Positions 19,161 through 29,274 of a stretch of DNA of 64,000 bases are shown here, piece by piece (position 1 is the stretch's first letter; each line of letters starts with the position of its first letter). The notes under the pieces were generated by a model. The model saw nothing but the letters and a program-made list of their open reading frames with translations, made no database searches and was not told the origin of the DNA. The stretch is taken from IMG/VR virus record IMGVR_UViG_3300034071_001657. One strand, written 5' to 3'. The position numbers and the translations under genes were made by a program. The DNA comes from a virus.

Positions 19161-22100
19161 ATGGCAAATCTATCAGAAGCACTAGCATCAAAAATAACAG
19201 GATCGATAAAAGGCGCCGCCGGCAATTTCTTAGGCGGGGTTAAGGGGTCATTTATTGGCGCCAACCCCGCCGTCTTTGGTCCCATGGTTGCAGGACTTCA
19301 AAAAGCTTTTGAATCTCAAACTAAAGAAATAAAAAAAGATAGAGAAGAACGTAAGAGAGAAAAAGCTTTTGATGAAGAAAAAAACAATGAACAGAAAAAA
19401 TTGTTCACTGACATTCTAGGTCAACTAAAAGAGATCAATGACACTCTTAAAAATTTATTGAAAGCTTTCACCAGCAAAGATAAAAATCCTTGGAAAGAAA
19501 TGCTTACTGCTTTGATAGCGATGTTTGGAAAATTTTTAGAAGACTTGGATAAAAAATTAGGAAAATTTATATCTTTTTTAGATGAGATGTTCAAAAGTCT
19601 AAAAAATACGTTAGAAAATATAGGTAAACTATTATCAAGTCTTTTTGAGAAGTTAAAGGGTCTGTTAGAAAGACTTCCGAATTTAGATGATATATTTAAA
19701 GGACTAAAATTTTCTTTTGATGACATCTTAAGAGGATTGAAACTATTCTTTGAAGACTTCAAAAACATTTTCAAAAATGTTTTCAAAGATTTAAAAACTC
19801 CTAAGTTTTTAGAAGATATATTTAAAGGATTAAAATCTTCCTTTGAAGATATTTTGCGCGGGTTCAAATCGTTTTTTGAAAATTTCAAAAATGTTTTCAA
19901 AAAAGGCATAGAAGATTTAGGTAAATTTTTAAGAATTGATGATCTAGCCGATGCATTCAGAAAATTTAAAAACAATTTTCTTGTGAATATGGCGGTGATT
20001 GGCGATCAACTCGATGAACTCGGAAAATCAGTTAAGGGAAAATTTTCAGCACTTACTGATATTTTCAAATCTAGATTAGATGATGTAATAAAAATAGTTT
20101 CAGAGTCTAAGATAGGTCGAACGGTAGCTAATTTATTTGAAGAAATTGCTAAAGCTATCTCTCAAATAGGAACGGTTAAGACTACGGTTCCAGAAATCAA
20201 GCTTCCTGAAATTAAAGTTGTCATGCCTGAAAAGGTGCCGACTATAGAATTTAATCTGAAGGATTTTTCAAAGTTAGAAGCTCCAATGATTACGTCATCA
20301 GAAATACGAATTGGTGAAATTGATGTAGCAAAGTTAGAGACTTCAAAAATGACAGCCGCCGAAGGTGGACGCGCGGCGCCAGCCGCCGCTGGTGTTGAAG
20401 ATGCCATAAAAGCCGCAACCGGCGCAGATGCAGTAAAAGGAACTGCTGTAGTAGGTGACATTGCAAAAACGGCCGGCCCTATGGCAAGAATTCTTGAAAT
20501 GTTTTCTTCAATTGGAAAATCAATAGGTTCTTCACTCAAATTTATAGCAGACATAAGCGACTTCGATGTTATTGTCAAAAAAGTTTTAGCAATAGCAAAA
20601 CCTCTCGGCGCAATTATTGGTGTTTTTGACGGCATGTCGAATGCACTCTTTAATGATAAAAATCTAAAATCTGTATTAGGTAAAACAGAGGGACAAGAAC
20701 TGACAATTGCAGACAGGCTAGCGGCGTTTGCTGGAGGATTTTTAGGAAGCGTTTTTGGTATAATTGATTTATTATTAGACTTAATGGACATCGATTTAGG
20801 TCAAGAAGTCGGTGAAGATATGATGGGTAATATGATGGGCGGTAAAAAGAGAACCGTTCAGGGAATGGTAACCGACTTTTTGACCAAGAATATATCAGTA
20901 GTGTTCAATGCATTAAAATCAATGCTAGTATTTTTTGGACAAGTATTAACTTCAGAACCTGCCATGGCACTTTATACTAAAGTCGGTGAAGTTGTTGATG
21001 CCGTTATGAAAGGTTTCGGTAAATTCATTGATTTCATGAAAGACTTTCTCTTCAGCGACACGATGATGAAGGTTTATGATGTTTTATTGGCTGGTCTGAA
21101 AACAACTGGACAAAACGCGGCTGCCGCGTTTATGGGAGTTCTTGATATTATTATAGGAATAATAACTTTCGACACTGCAAAAATGATGAAAAGTGTCGGC
21201 TCAGTACAAGATGCTGTTGTTGCACAGGTTAAAAATTTGGCGGGTGCTTTTGTTGACATCACCAAACTAATGTTTGGATTTATTGAGGACGGGGTTAATT
21301 GGCTCATAAATCAGTTACCTCCAGTGTTCCGTCCAAAAACGCCATTTGATTTAACTGGTAGATATAGAATGACTGCTCAAGATTATGAAGACTCTGATCT
21401 TGGCGCCGCGATGATGAGAAACGCGAGTAATGCTAGAAACACGGCTCGCGCTGTTTCCGCAGTGACAGGAACAAATCCTATCGTGGGCGACTTTGCCGCG
21501 ATAGATGCGGCATACAATACTCTTTATGGTAAGACCCGAAACAACCCCAACCTATATAAAGGAAATGCACCAGGTAAAGTCCTTTTTGAGCAGGAACTTG
21601 AAAAAGCTGTTAAAAATGGAACTTTCACATCACTAGAAGCGTTCAGTGAACAATTTAGATATATTTTTGCTCAAGGTGGAGCAGACGCTTTTCGTATAAA
21701 CAGATCACCTTCTCCCATGGAGTTATGGGGGCAAAATGCTCAATATAGTAAAGACCAATATTTCTTAAGTAGAGATTACTACAGAAACGATGAGTCTTAC
21801 AGACAGGAGAGGGCGCAGTTACAAGACCAGTTTAACAATAACATGATTCAGATGTATAGACAGGCCTTTTCAAAGATGGTTGGTCCGATGGGATTTGGTG
21901 GACAAACATCTAGGGCTGGATATAACATTGCTAATCAGCCTGGAATTGTCGAAGGATTTATTCGTGGGGGAACTAAAATATTTGGTGACCAAATGGGCGC
22001 ACCAATGGCGTACATATTTAATAATCTTGCAGGAAATTACTTAGATCAATTCATCAATAATACAATGGCTCCCGCATTAGGAATGAAGGCTGGACAATTG

Positions 22101-24905
22101 AATCGTTCGATCAATAATCTGATTGCGTCCAGACAATTCAGACCTCAGATGAAACAAGTTGAACGAGAATTGGCAAACTCAAGAAATGAACTAGTAAAGC
22201 TTGAAAAAGAAACTGGCTTCTCTATGGCAGAATTAATTAAGGCTGGCGCTGCTGGAGGATTTGATGCCAATCAGCAACAGAGATATGGTGCTCTTGTTTC
22301 TCTCCGTCAACAAATTTCTCAAAGAGAAACAATTTATAAGAGCCTAAAAGATCAAGAGAAAAAATATAAAGATATGGCTCTTGAAGATATTATCTTTGGC
22401 TTGAGTGGAGTGCCAACTGGAATCAGAAGTTTCTTAGGATATGAGCAGGGATTAAATCAACTTGCAATAAGTTTAGGTATGGCATCAGCATCACCGTTTG
22501 CACCAATATTCGGCACAACCGGCGCGGCTGGAATGGGTGGTATGTACGGAGGCATGCGAGGTTTCGGTGGCATCGGAGGCGGAACGATGATTGGCATGCC
22601 TGGTGGGGGTATGATGACCCCATCTACAATATATGGGTATCCGATGATGACATCAGGAGGATTTAATCCATATGCTCCTATGGGAGGCATGGGTGGTGTT
22701 CCTTACGGACCATATTATTCAGGCCCATCTCAAATGCCATTTATGGCAACATTTCCAGGAGAACAAGATATTCTTGCTCTCGAATCTGGTATGGCAGGAA
22801 CACCTTCTGCAATGTCTAGATTGAGTAGATCAATGCCTGCTATGGTTCCTCTTCTGTCGTATGCTCTAACCCGACAACTTGGTAACAAAATAGGCGTGAA
22901 AGGATTACTTGGTAATATGGCGATGATGAATGTTGCATCTCCTGTTATCAGCAGCCTTTTAGGTTCTCTGCAAATGTTTGGCGGTAAAGGTCTATCGAGT
23001 TTTAGTTTAACAGGATCATTAAGTAATGCGTTAGGTTTAAAGGGTATAACTGGCGCGTCAACTATGGGCGAAATTGGTATGGGTGTGGCAGGCTCTGTCA
23101 ATAATCTTCTTGGTGGGGGAATGATTCCTGGATTGGCTAAACTGCTAACGTCTGGCGGTTCATCATTAATGAGTTCAGCACTTGCACAAGGAGCATTTGG
23201 TCCGGCAGGGTTTACATCATTGGGAGGACAACTAGGTGCTGGCATGGCCAACTTCGGTGCTGGTATGTCTATGGGCACAGGAAGTCTTTCAGGATTTTCA
23301 GGTGCTATGTCTACTGGCGGCGCCACCGCCGGCGGCGCTTTGGCCGGATCTCTTTTAGGAGGTTTTTCTTCATATGGTCTTGCAGAGGGTCTTTCTGGTG
23401 GCTATTCGATAAACAAAAATTTCAATAAGTTAGTTGGCGCCGCTGCTATGATTCCTGGGTTGACACCATTCGCGCCTTTAATCGGTTTAGGTGGTGCAGT
23501 GTTGAACAGACTGTTTGGTATGAAGGCCAAAGAATACACAGATTATGGTATAAGAGGAACGCTTGGAGAAGATGCCACCAGCCTTGAGCAATATAAGAAT
23601 TGGTTTCAGAAAGGTGGACGATACAGAAGTGATCGAAGCGGAACTGAAGTTTCGGCAGTAGACCAAGCATCTTTAGATGCAATTGGCGGTGCTATTTCTA
23701 GTAGAAATGAACTTGTTAGATCATATGGCCAAATACTTGGCTACGGTGATGAGGCTGCACAAAAAACAAGAAACTTCACTCAGCAAATTAGTATGAGTTT
23801 AAAAGGCCTAGATGAAGCAGGAATGGCCAAAGCATTTGGTGATATGATCACATCATTTTCTAATAATATGATTCAAACGGTCTATGCTGGAGTTGAGAAG
23901 TTTAAATTTGCAAATGAAGAATTAATTCAAACAATGGCTAACTTAGCCAACAGCACCATAATTTTTGATGATGCAATGTTTAAGTTAGGATTCACGGCCG
24001 ATAAATTATCCGAAACTTTCAGATCAAAAACTTTAGCAGATTTGGCTGGGTTTAAGCAAAGTCTGATTGGAACGTTTGGTGGAGATACTTTAGATCAACA
24101 GCGTGAAAACTTTAGTCGTGTTGTTGGAACTTATTTTGATATCATGTATACTGAAACTGAAAAGAATATGTATATCATGGAATCAAATAGAAAGAGAATG
24201 GCACAAGAAACCGAAAAGATTGTATCAGGATTTCAAGGCACTGAACTTTTCAAGCAGGTGGAAGGTCTTCAAGAATTCTCTAAAGTTTTAACTGGCGAAG
24301 GGGTGATTGACGTTGAAGCAACCCTAAGAAAAAATTACGACACGTTTAGAGGAGTTGTTGAATCTCTGAATAAAAAAGATACCAGCATGGGATTCAAGCT
24401 TATGGATTTTGCCGATGAGTTCGATAATGCACTAAAAGCATTTATCAATCTAGAGGTAGAAAAACAGGAAAAGGCAAAAGAAACCGAACAAGTTGTTACT
24501 GACCTTGTTGCACCTTTTGCAAATTATGTTGGTGAAGTGTCTTCTTCTATCGGATATACTGGAGAATATGCTGTGGGTTCATTTGGTGGCTTAGCACAAA
24601 CATACGTTGACAGTCCCACATATACTCCTTATTTTTCTTCACAGCCATCCACTCAAGTGTCATCAGGAACTTCAGGTGCATCCGGTGAATTCTTAGTGAC
24701 TGGTGGTTATACTGGAACTACAAATCAAGGTGGCTCTGCCGCTGGCGGATCAACAAATCCTCTGTACATAGATAATTCTGTGAATGCATCGACATCATCA
24801 CCAACAGCAATCATTATGAACGATGATAAAGTTAGAGATTATCATCCTATTCTGAACAGTAATGATAGAAATCTGACTAACGGATTCTTTTTAGCTAGGG
24901 TATAA
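19161..24905 (+). CDS. Tape measure protein (gp29 position)
   Basis: 1914 aa, follows gp26/gp51; Phe-periodic amphipathic repeats and Gly/Ala/Met-rich hydrophobic segments. Confidence 0.8.
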   Translation: MANLSEALASKITGSIKGAAGNFLGGVKGSFIGANPAVFGPMVAGLQKAFESQTKEIKKDREERKREKAFDEEKNNEQKKLFTDILGQLKEINDTLKNLLKAFTSKDKNPWKEMLTALIAMFGKFLEDLDKKLGKFISFLDEMFKSLKNTLENIGKLLSSLFEKLKGLLERLPNLDDIFKGLKFSFDDILRGLKLFFEDFKNIFKNVFKDLKTPKFLEDIFKGLKSSFEDILRGFKSFFENFKNVFKKGIEDLGKFLRIDDLADAFRKFKNNFLVNMAVIGDQLDELGKSVKGKFSALTDIFKSRLDDVIKIVSESKIGRTVANLFEEIAKAISQIGTVKTTVPEIKLPEIKVVMPEKVPTIEFNLKDFSKLEAPMITSSEIRIGEIDVAKLETSKMTAAEGGRAAPAAAGVEDAIKAATGADAVKGTAVVGDIAKTAGPMARILEMFSSIGKSIGSSLKFIADISDFDVIVKKVLAIAKPLGAIIGVFDGMSNALFNDKNLKSVLGKTEGQELTIADRLAAFAGGFLGSVFGIIDLLLDLMDIDLGQEVGEDMMGNMMGGKKRTVQGMVTDFLTKNISVVFNALKSMLVFFGQVLTSEPAMALYTKVGEVVDAVMKGFGKFIDFMKDFLFSDTMMKVYDVLLAGLKTTGQNAAAAFMGVLDIIIGIITFDTAKMMKSVGSVQDAVVAQVKNLAGAFVDITKLMFGFIEDGVNWLINQLPPVFRPKTPFDLTGRYRMTAQDYEDSDLGAAMMRNASNARNTARAVSAVTGTNPIVGDFAAIDAAYNTLYGKTRNNPNLYKGNAPGKVLFEQELEKAVKNGTFTSLEAFSEQFRYIFAQGGADAFRINRSPSPMELWGQNAQYSKDQYFLSRDYYRNDESYRQERAQLQDQFNNNMIQMYRQAFSKMVGPMGFGGQTSRAGYNIANQPGIVEGFIRGGTKIFGDQMGAPMAYIFNNLAGNYLDQFINNTMAPALGMKAGQLNRSINNLIASRQFRPQMKQVERELANSRNELVKLEKETGFSMAELIKAGAAGGFDANQQQRYGALVSLRQQISQRETIYKSLKDQEKKYKDMALEDIIFGLSGVPTGIRSFLGYEQGLNQLAISLGMASASPFAPIFGTTGAAGMGGMYGGMRGFGGIGGGTMIGMPGGGMMTPSTIYGYPMMTSGGFNPYAPMGGMGGVPYGPYYSGPSQMPFMATFPGEQDILALESGMAGTPSAMSRLSRSMPAMVPLLSYALTRQLGNKIGVKGLLGNMAMMNVASPVISSLLGSLQMFGGKGLSSFSLTGSLSNALGLKGITGASTMGEIGMGVAGSVNNLLGGGMIPGLAKLLTSGGSSLMSSALAQGAFGPAGFTSLGGQLGAGMANFGAGMSMGTGSLSGFSGAMSTGGATAGGALAGSLLGGFSSYGLAEGLSGGYSINKNFNKLVGAAAMIPGLTPFAPLIGLGGAVLNRLFGMKAKEYTDYGIRGTLGEDATSLEQYKNWFQKGGRYRSDRSGTEVSAVDQASLDAIGGAISSRNELVRSYGQILGYGDEAAQKTRNFTQQISMSLKGLDEAGMAKAFGDMITSFSNNMIQTVYAGVEKFKFANEELIQTMANLANSTIIFDDAMFKLGFTADKLSETFRSKTLADLAGFKQSLIGTFGGDTLDQQRENFSRVVGTYFDIMYTETEKNMYIMESNRKRMAQETEKIVSGFQGTELFKQVEGLQEFSKVLTGEGVIDVEATLRKNYDTFRGVVESLNKKDTSMGFKLMDFADEFDNALKAFINLEVEKQEKAKETEQVVTDLVAPFANYVGEVSSSIGYTGEYAVGSFGGLAQTYVDSPTYTPYFSSQPSTQVSSGTSGASGEFLVTGGYTGTTNQGGSAAGGSTNPLYIDNSVNASTSSPTAIIMNDDKVRDYHPILNSNDRNLTNGFFLARV

Positions 24906-24933
24906 AAAAGCCCCTTTCGGGGCTTTCGTTTTT
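24904..24933. terminator. Bidirectional intrinsic terminator between convergent genes
   Basis: aaaaaagcccc-tttc-ggggctttcgttttt; GAAA loop followed by a U tract on the - strand. Confidence 0.9.
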
Positions 24934-25825
24934 AGTCTTGTGCTAGCTTTTCAAAATAACTCATTGCTTCATCATCGTCTTCGTCATCTTTCCAAGACTT
25001 AGAAGTTTCAGCAGTCTTGCTGACTTTAGATTCTTCCTTTGTCACAGTCTGCTTTTGTTCAACACGTTCTTCATTGTTTAGATTCAAAACTGTGTTGAGT
25101 TTAGCTTTGAGTACATCATACGATTTGAAATTCTTTTCATCCAAGAATTCTTTCAGACTATGCTCTGCCTTCCAGATACGTTCGAGTTCTTCATCGTCTT
25201 CACTGAGCGGAGACGGCGACTCAAACTCAGACTTATCGTAGTTTTGATAACCTTCGACTTTACGAATCTTAAGCTTGAAGTTAGCACCTTCCCACAGATC
25301 GAATGGGCTAACGGGGGTCTCATCTTCAAATTCAGGGTTCATTAGATCATTGAGTTTATCAAAGATTTTCTTGCCGAACTTGAAAAGAAAAACTTTACCT
25401 TCATTGTCTGGATTTGCAGAATCACGAACAACATAAACGTTCGAAATGTAATTCAGTTTACGCTTCTGCTTTCGTGCGATCTCTTTGTCTGATTCGATAC
25501 CGCTGTTCCAGAGTAGAGTATTGTACTCACTGACCGGATCTTTTTTGTTCAGTGTGGTCAAAGAGTTTTCGATGTACCACTGACCAGTTGGTCCTTGAAA
25601 TGAGTGTGAAAAGATTTGAATCCAGGGCATGTCTTCACCCTCGGGCGCGGGGAGAAAACGAATGGTTGCCATACCGTTACCTGCTTTGTCTACGGTGGGC
25701 TTCCAAAACCTAAGGTCTTCGTATGATTTCTTTTCTTCTTTTGAGTTGAGTTTGGAAACTTCGCTGGTTAGCTTTTCCAAATCTCGGGTGCGGGACTTTT
25801 TGAGTTCTGAGAATGATGTTGCCAT
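24932..25825 (-). CDS. gp32: Single-stranded DNA-binding protein gp32
   Basis: RFWKPTVDKAGNG..IRFLPAP, WYIENSLTT and acidic tail SYFEKLAQD. Confidence 0.97.
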   Translation of the reverse strand: MATSFSELKKSRTRDLEKLTSEVSKLNSKEEKKSYEDLRFWKPTVDKAGNGMATIRFLPAPEGEDMPWIQIFSHSFQGPTGQWYIENSLTTLNKKDPVSEYNTLLWNSGIESDKEIARKQKRKLNYISNVYVVRDSANPDNEGKVFLFKFGKKIFDKLNDLMNPEFEDETPVSPFDLWEGANFKLKIRKVEGYQNYDKSEFESPSPLSEDDEELERIWKAEHSLKEFLDEKNFKSYDVLKAKLNTVLNLNNEERVEQKQTVTKEESKVSKTAETSKSWKDDEDDDEAMSYFEKLAQD

Positions 25826-25950
25826 GTTGGTTACCTCGTATTAAAATGTATTTGCTGTTTGTAAGTCTTGTCCACTCTTCTCATAATGTACATCACTATG
25901 TATAATACTTGAAGACGGATTTTTAGAAAGTAAAAAACAAATTTTCTTTA

Positions 25951-26544
25951 TTACCCTAGATTCAATTTGCTTTTCACCACTAATTTCATCTTTGCTTGTT
26001 CGAACCTTAAGAAGGGCCGGTACTTTTTGCATAGATTGCTAACCTCTTTATATACTGGATCAGTAATAATCTTATCATACCTGTGAATGAAATTCAATAT
26101 CGAGTCTAGGATAATAACCGTCTCAATACTAATTTCGCCTTGAAGATACTTTAATATAATTTTAGGATGTTCGCCACTGTTCACCGAGAACAAATTTTCA
26201 AAATCTTCACTCGACAGAATCGAGAAAAAATCAATTTCATTTGTAAAGTTGTATGTCAATGATTCATGTTTTTTCTTCCAGTTTTTATATCGAGTTTCGC
26301 TAGTGTCAGATAGGAGTTCTCCGATCCAGATTTTAGGATCGTGTATGAAGTTTGATACTAGGAATTCTTCAAGATGATCACCTCTTCTATTGCCAAGTTT
26401 TGCAAAGAATATTTTATCTCGCCGTTTTAAAAAAGCGTCAAAGTTAGTTTTCGATTTTTTACCATATTTAAAATAGTCATAAGACTCTACTGTGAAATGG
26501 TTTTTTAAAGCGACATATATTTTGTACGCATCAAATGCATCCAT
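25951..26544 (-). CDS. gp59: Helicase loader gp59
   Basis: YKIYVALKNHFT..YDYFKYG...KRRDKIFFAKL motif; upstream of gp32. Confidence 0.92.
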   Translation of the reverse strand: MDAFDAYKIYVALKNHFTVESYDYFKYGKKSKTNFDAFLKRRDKIFFAKLGNRRGDHLEEFLVSNFIHDPKIWIGELLSDTSETRYKNWKKKHESLTYNFTNEIDFFSILSSEDFENLFSVNSGEHPKIILKYLQGEISIETVIILDSILNFIHRYDKIITDPVYKEVSNLCKKYRPFLRFEQAKMKLVVKSKLNLG

Positions 26545-26545
26545 G

Positions 26546-26785
26546 TTAGGAGATTGGTAGTTTAGCCTTTTTGCTTTTGATCATTTTATTTTTGATAGCT
26601 TCAGATTCGATTAGACCTTTCATTCTTGGTGTGACCAAAGACGCCGCGGTTTCAATTTCGATCTTATTTTTTTCACAGTACATGACAATTGCATCGATAA
26701 TTGAATTGAGTTTCTTTTCTCTTACAATTAACTTAATGCTCTCTTCAAATTCTTTTTGAGTCAAAATCTTTAAGTTTTCTACCAT
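26546..26785 (-). CDS. gp33: Late transcription coactivator gp33
   Basis: IDAIVMYCEKNKIEIETAASLV...KAKLPI; ATG at 26785 overlaps the upstream TAA. Confidence 0.88.
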   Translation of the reverse strand: MVENLKILTQKEFEESIKLIVREKKLNSIIDAIVMYCEKNKIEIETAASLVTPRMKGLIESEAIKNKMIKSKKAKLPIS

Positions 26786-27306
26786 TACTTTTTCCTGTAA
26801 AAAATGTGGTCTTCTATCTGAACAACTTTTGTCATACTTCTTCTCCATGGTGGATGAACTTTTGTCGTGTGAAAATGTGTTACACCTTCAAACAATAATA
26901 TCATAGCATCATTTTCGTCCAAACGCAATATGTACTCGGCAATTCTGAGACACTCTCTCCATATTTCAGAATCGTTTGGCATTTTTATTTTGGCAGTTTT
27001 AAGATAAGGATTGTACCATGAAAATTGTCTAGGCTCAGTTACCACGGCATGAATTGTTGGTTTGTTATCCTGTTTCTTTCGATTGAGCGTGACTAAGCCT
27101 ACGGCAATCTTACCAATTTGTGGTTGATTTCTTGCTTCGTAGTAGATATTGATTGCCATCCATAATATGTCATCATAGTCTATCGTTTTTACACGTGGTA
27201 TTATCTGAATATAATTAATTCCGTTTACTGGAATCGGTGCGCTTGCGTCATGAGATATTGTGAATGTGATGGCAAATATAAATGCAGCTTTCGTAAAAAA
27301 GCCCAT
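26785..27306 (-). CDS. SleB-like cell wall hydrolase (Hydrolase_2) with N-terminal signal/anchor
   Basis: AINIYYEARNQ..IGKIAVGLVTLNR, QFSW and HIFY motifs. Confidence 0.9.
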   Translation of the reverse strand: MGFFTKAAFIFAITFTISHDASAPIPVNGINYIQIIPRVKTIDYDDILWMAINIYYEARNQPQIGKIAVGLVTLNRKKQDNKPTIHAVVTEPRQFSWYNPYLKTAKIKMPNDSEIWRECLRIAEYILRLDENDAMILLFEGVTHFHTTKVHPPWRRSMTKVVQIEDHIFYRKK

Positions 27307-27332
27307 ACATATTTCCTTTTTCGATTTTTGTG

Positions 27333-28037
27333 CTACCTAGAAACGCCTTCTTCGGTATGATAGCAAGTTTTTTTTCTTACAAGTATACTTTTATACTCAG
27401 AAGATTTAATGGCCTTTGATATTCTTCGCCACATATCAATGTCAGCTTCTAAAACTTCTCCTGTCTCTTCAAAAACATCTCTATACCTTAGAGGTAGCAA
27501 CTTGTGATTAATACACACTGATGAGTGTGCAACATTTACTGGTTCTGGACATCTCTCTTCATATTTATCATCTAATTTTACGCCTGGAATATATTGATTT
27601 TTTAAGTATTGTGCGCAAGTGTACACCAGTGCCACATTGCTTACGGTGTTGATGATGTTGACGATTTCACTTAAATGATTTTCACTCCAGTAATCATCAT
27701 GGTCTAAATGACAAATCCAATCAAGACCATCATCTAAAGCTTTTTGCAGCCCATGATTATATGCATTTACGCCACCAGAAACCCACAGTTTTCTATCATC
27801 TATTGAATATTTGTCTCTTTCTTTTGCGATTGGTAGATTTTCAAGATAGTGCTCGATGCCAGTCAAAGATTCTGAGAATCTATTAAATTCTTCATCGTCT
27901 TCGTACTTATCTCCAATCAAAAAAAATTTAAAATTCTTGTATGTCTGTTTTTTCAAAGAGTCTATAGCGCGATTGAGATAAGTTGGCGTTTTACCATCTT
28001 TTCTTTGATACGTTGGTGTTACAATTGCAAGCTTCAT
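27333..28037 (-). CDS. Glycosyltransferase family 2
   Basis: IVTPTY, N-x-GL and HLDHDDYW (DxDD) motifs. Confidence 0.85.
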   Translation of the reverse strand: MKLAIVTPTYQRKDGKTPTYLNRAIDSLKKQTYKNFKFFLIGDKYEDDEEFNRFSESLTGIEHYLENLPIAKERDKYSIDDRKLWVSGGVNAYNHGLQKALDDGLDWICHLDHDDYWSENHLSEIVNIINTVSNVALVYTCAQYLKNQYIPGVKLDDKYEERCPEPVNVAHSSVCINHKLLPLRYRDVFEETGEVLEADIDMWRRISKAIKSSEYKSILVRKKTCYHTEEGVSR

Positions 28038-28654
28038 TTTTGTTTAATGATAAAGCAATTTCCGTCAAGAAAATTTGAATCAAACCCTCTTGCGTTCAAG
28101 GTGTTCTTTAGTGTTCCAATGATTTCAAATTCGGAAGAATGTTTATCGCATAAAAAATTGACTGCCGACTTCACTTCAGGAGAATGTACCCAATCGTTGT
28201 AGTCATCAAAGACAAGGTAGCCACCTTGCTTCAGATACTTTGAGTAGATTTCGAAATCTTTTAACACACCATCATATGAATGATCTCCATCGATGAAAAT
28301 TATGTCATACGTTGAATCTAGATTGTCATAAGTAGATTTTACTTGTGAGTTTCCTTCAATGTACTGATATAGATTGTTGTGCTTGTTTAGCTTGGCAACA
28401 TTTTCCATAACAGTCTTTTTGGGTATTGGATGACCTAAATCGATTGAAGTGACTGAGGTGTTTTCTCGCTGTAGCATCAGACAAGCGGACCCTCCAGCAT
28501 AACACCCAATCTCAAGATATTGCAGGGCATAATCTCTAGGAAAAGTTTTTGCAATATCATAGAGAACATGATAATGATGATGAAAAGTTTTTTCTTCGAT
28601 AGACTTGCTGATTGCCGTGAGCAAGTCTAAAGATTCTTGTGTCGAAACAATCAT
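28034..28654 (-). CDS. Class I SAM-dependent methyltransferase (Methyltransf_24-like)
   Basis: YLEIGCYAGGS, DIIFIDGDHSY and GGYLVFDDY motifs. Confidence 0.9.
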   Translation of the reverse strand: MIVSTQESLDLLTAISKSIEEKTFHHHYHVLYDIAKTFPRDYALQYLEIGCYAGGSACLMLQRENTSVTSIDLGHPIPKKTVMENVAKLNKHNNLYQYIEGNSQVKSTYDNLDSTYDIIFIDGDHSYDGVLKDFEIYSKYLKQGGYLVFDDYNDWVHSPEVKSAVNFLCDKHSSEFEIIGTLKNTLNARGFDSNFLDGNCFIIKQK

Positions 28655-29274
28655 GTTTTTGGGGCTTTGGGTGATGCTGGATTACCAATCAGTAAACAAG
28701 GTTCATCGATGCTTTTCCAAACAACTGCACCTGCACCTACTTTAGTGTTGTCAGGAAGATTCACTTTTGGAACAACATAAGAGCCAATACCAAAAACACA
28801 CGAATGTCCAATATTACAATCGCCGCAGACTTCGGTATTTGGAAAAAGAGTTGTATAATCACCGATAGTGGAATCATGGCCCACAGTTGCATTGCTATTC
28901 ATAAAAACATAATCACCAATTACACAATCTCCTGCCAACAAAACAAGCGGAGCAAAAACACCACCTTTGCCTAATTTAGCGAAAGGTGAAATTGTCGCAG
29001 AAGAATGAATAAAATTCGTCCAACGATCTTCGTTTTTTTCGACAATAATTTTCTTAACTTTAGGATCAGCAACTGCTAAGATAAATTTAGCTTCTGGAAA
29101 TTCCCCAGGAAGAAGTTCAGACCTAACGGGAAACATCTCATTGTATACTGGATTGTTAAATGGTTCGGTACTCACTACAGCACAGATTCCATGATTGAAT
29201 CCGTACATTTCGATCAAGTACCCGATAACTTCTTTAGCAAGCCCACCAGAACCAAATATTACATACTTATTCAT
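28651..29274 (-). CDS. Sugar N/O-acetyltransferase, PglD/NeuD-like
   Basis: IFGSGGLAKE Rossmann start, hexapeptide repeats, VGHD and GNPA motifs. Confidence 0.9.
   Translation of the reverse strand: MNKYVIFGSGGLAKEVIGYLIEMYGFNHGICAVVSTEPFNNPVYNEMFPVRSELLPGEFPEAKFILAVADPKVKKIIVEKNEDRWTNFIHSSATISPFAKLGKGGVFAPLVLLAGDCVIGDYVFMNSNATVGHDSTIGDYTTLFPNTEVCGDCNIGHSCVFGIGSYVVPKVNLPDNTKVGAGAVVWKSIDEPCLLIGNPASPKAPKT

Noticed and set aside
25826-25950. T4-style autoregulatory pseudoknot in the gp32 leader, and ORF 25841-26032
   Set aside because: The leader is A-rich and plausible for autoregulation, but I could not build a pseudoknot; the ORF overlaps gp59 out of frame with no support
26786-26848. Longer N-termini in the ORF track for gp33 and several other genes
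   Set aside because: They overlap upstream genes or promoters; downstream starts with SD or coupling fit better
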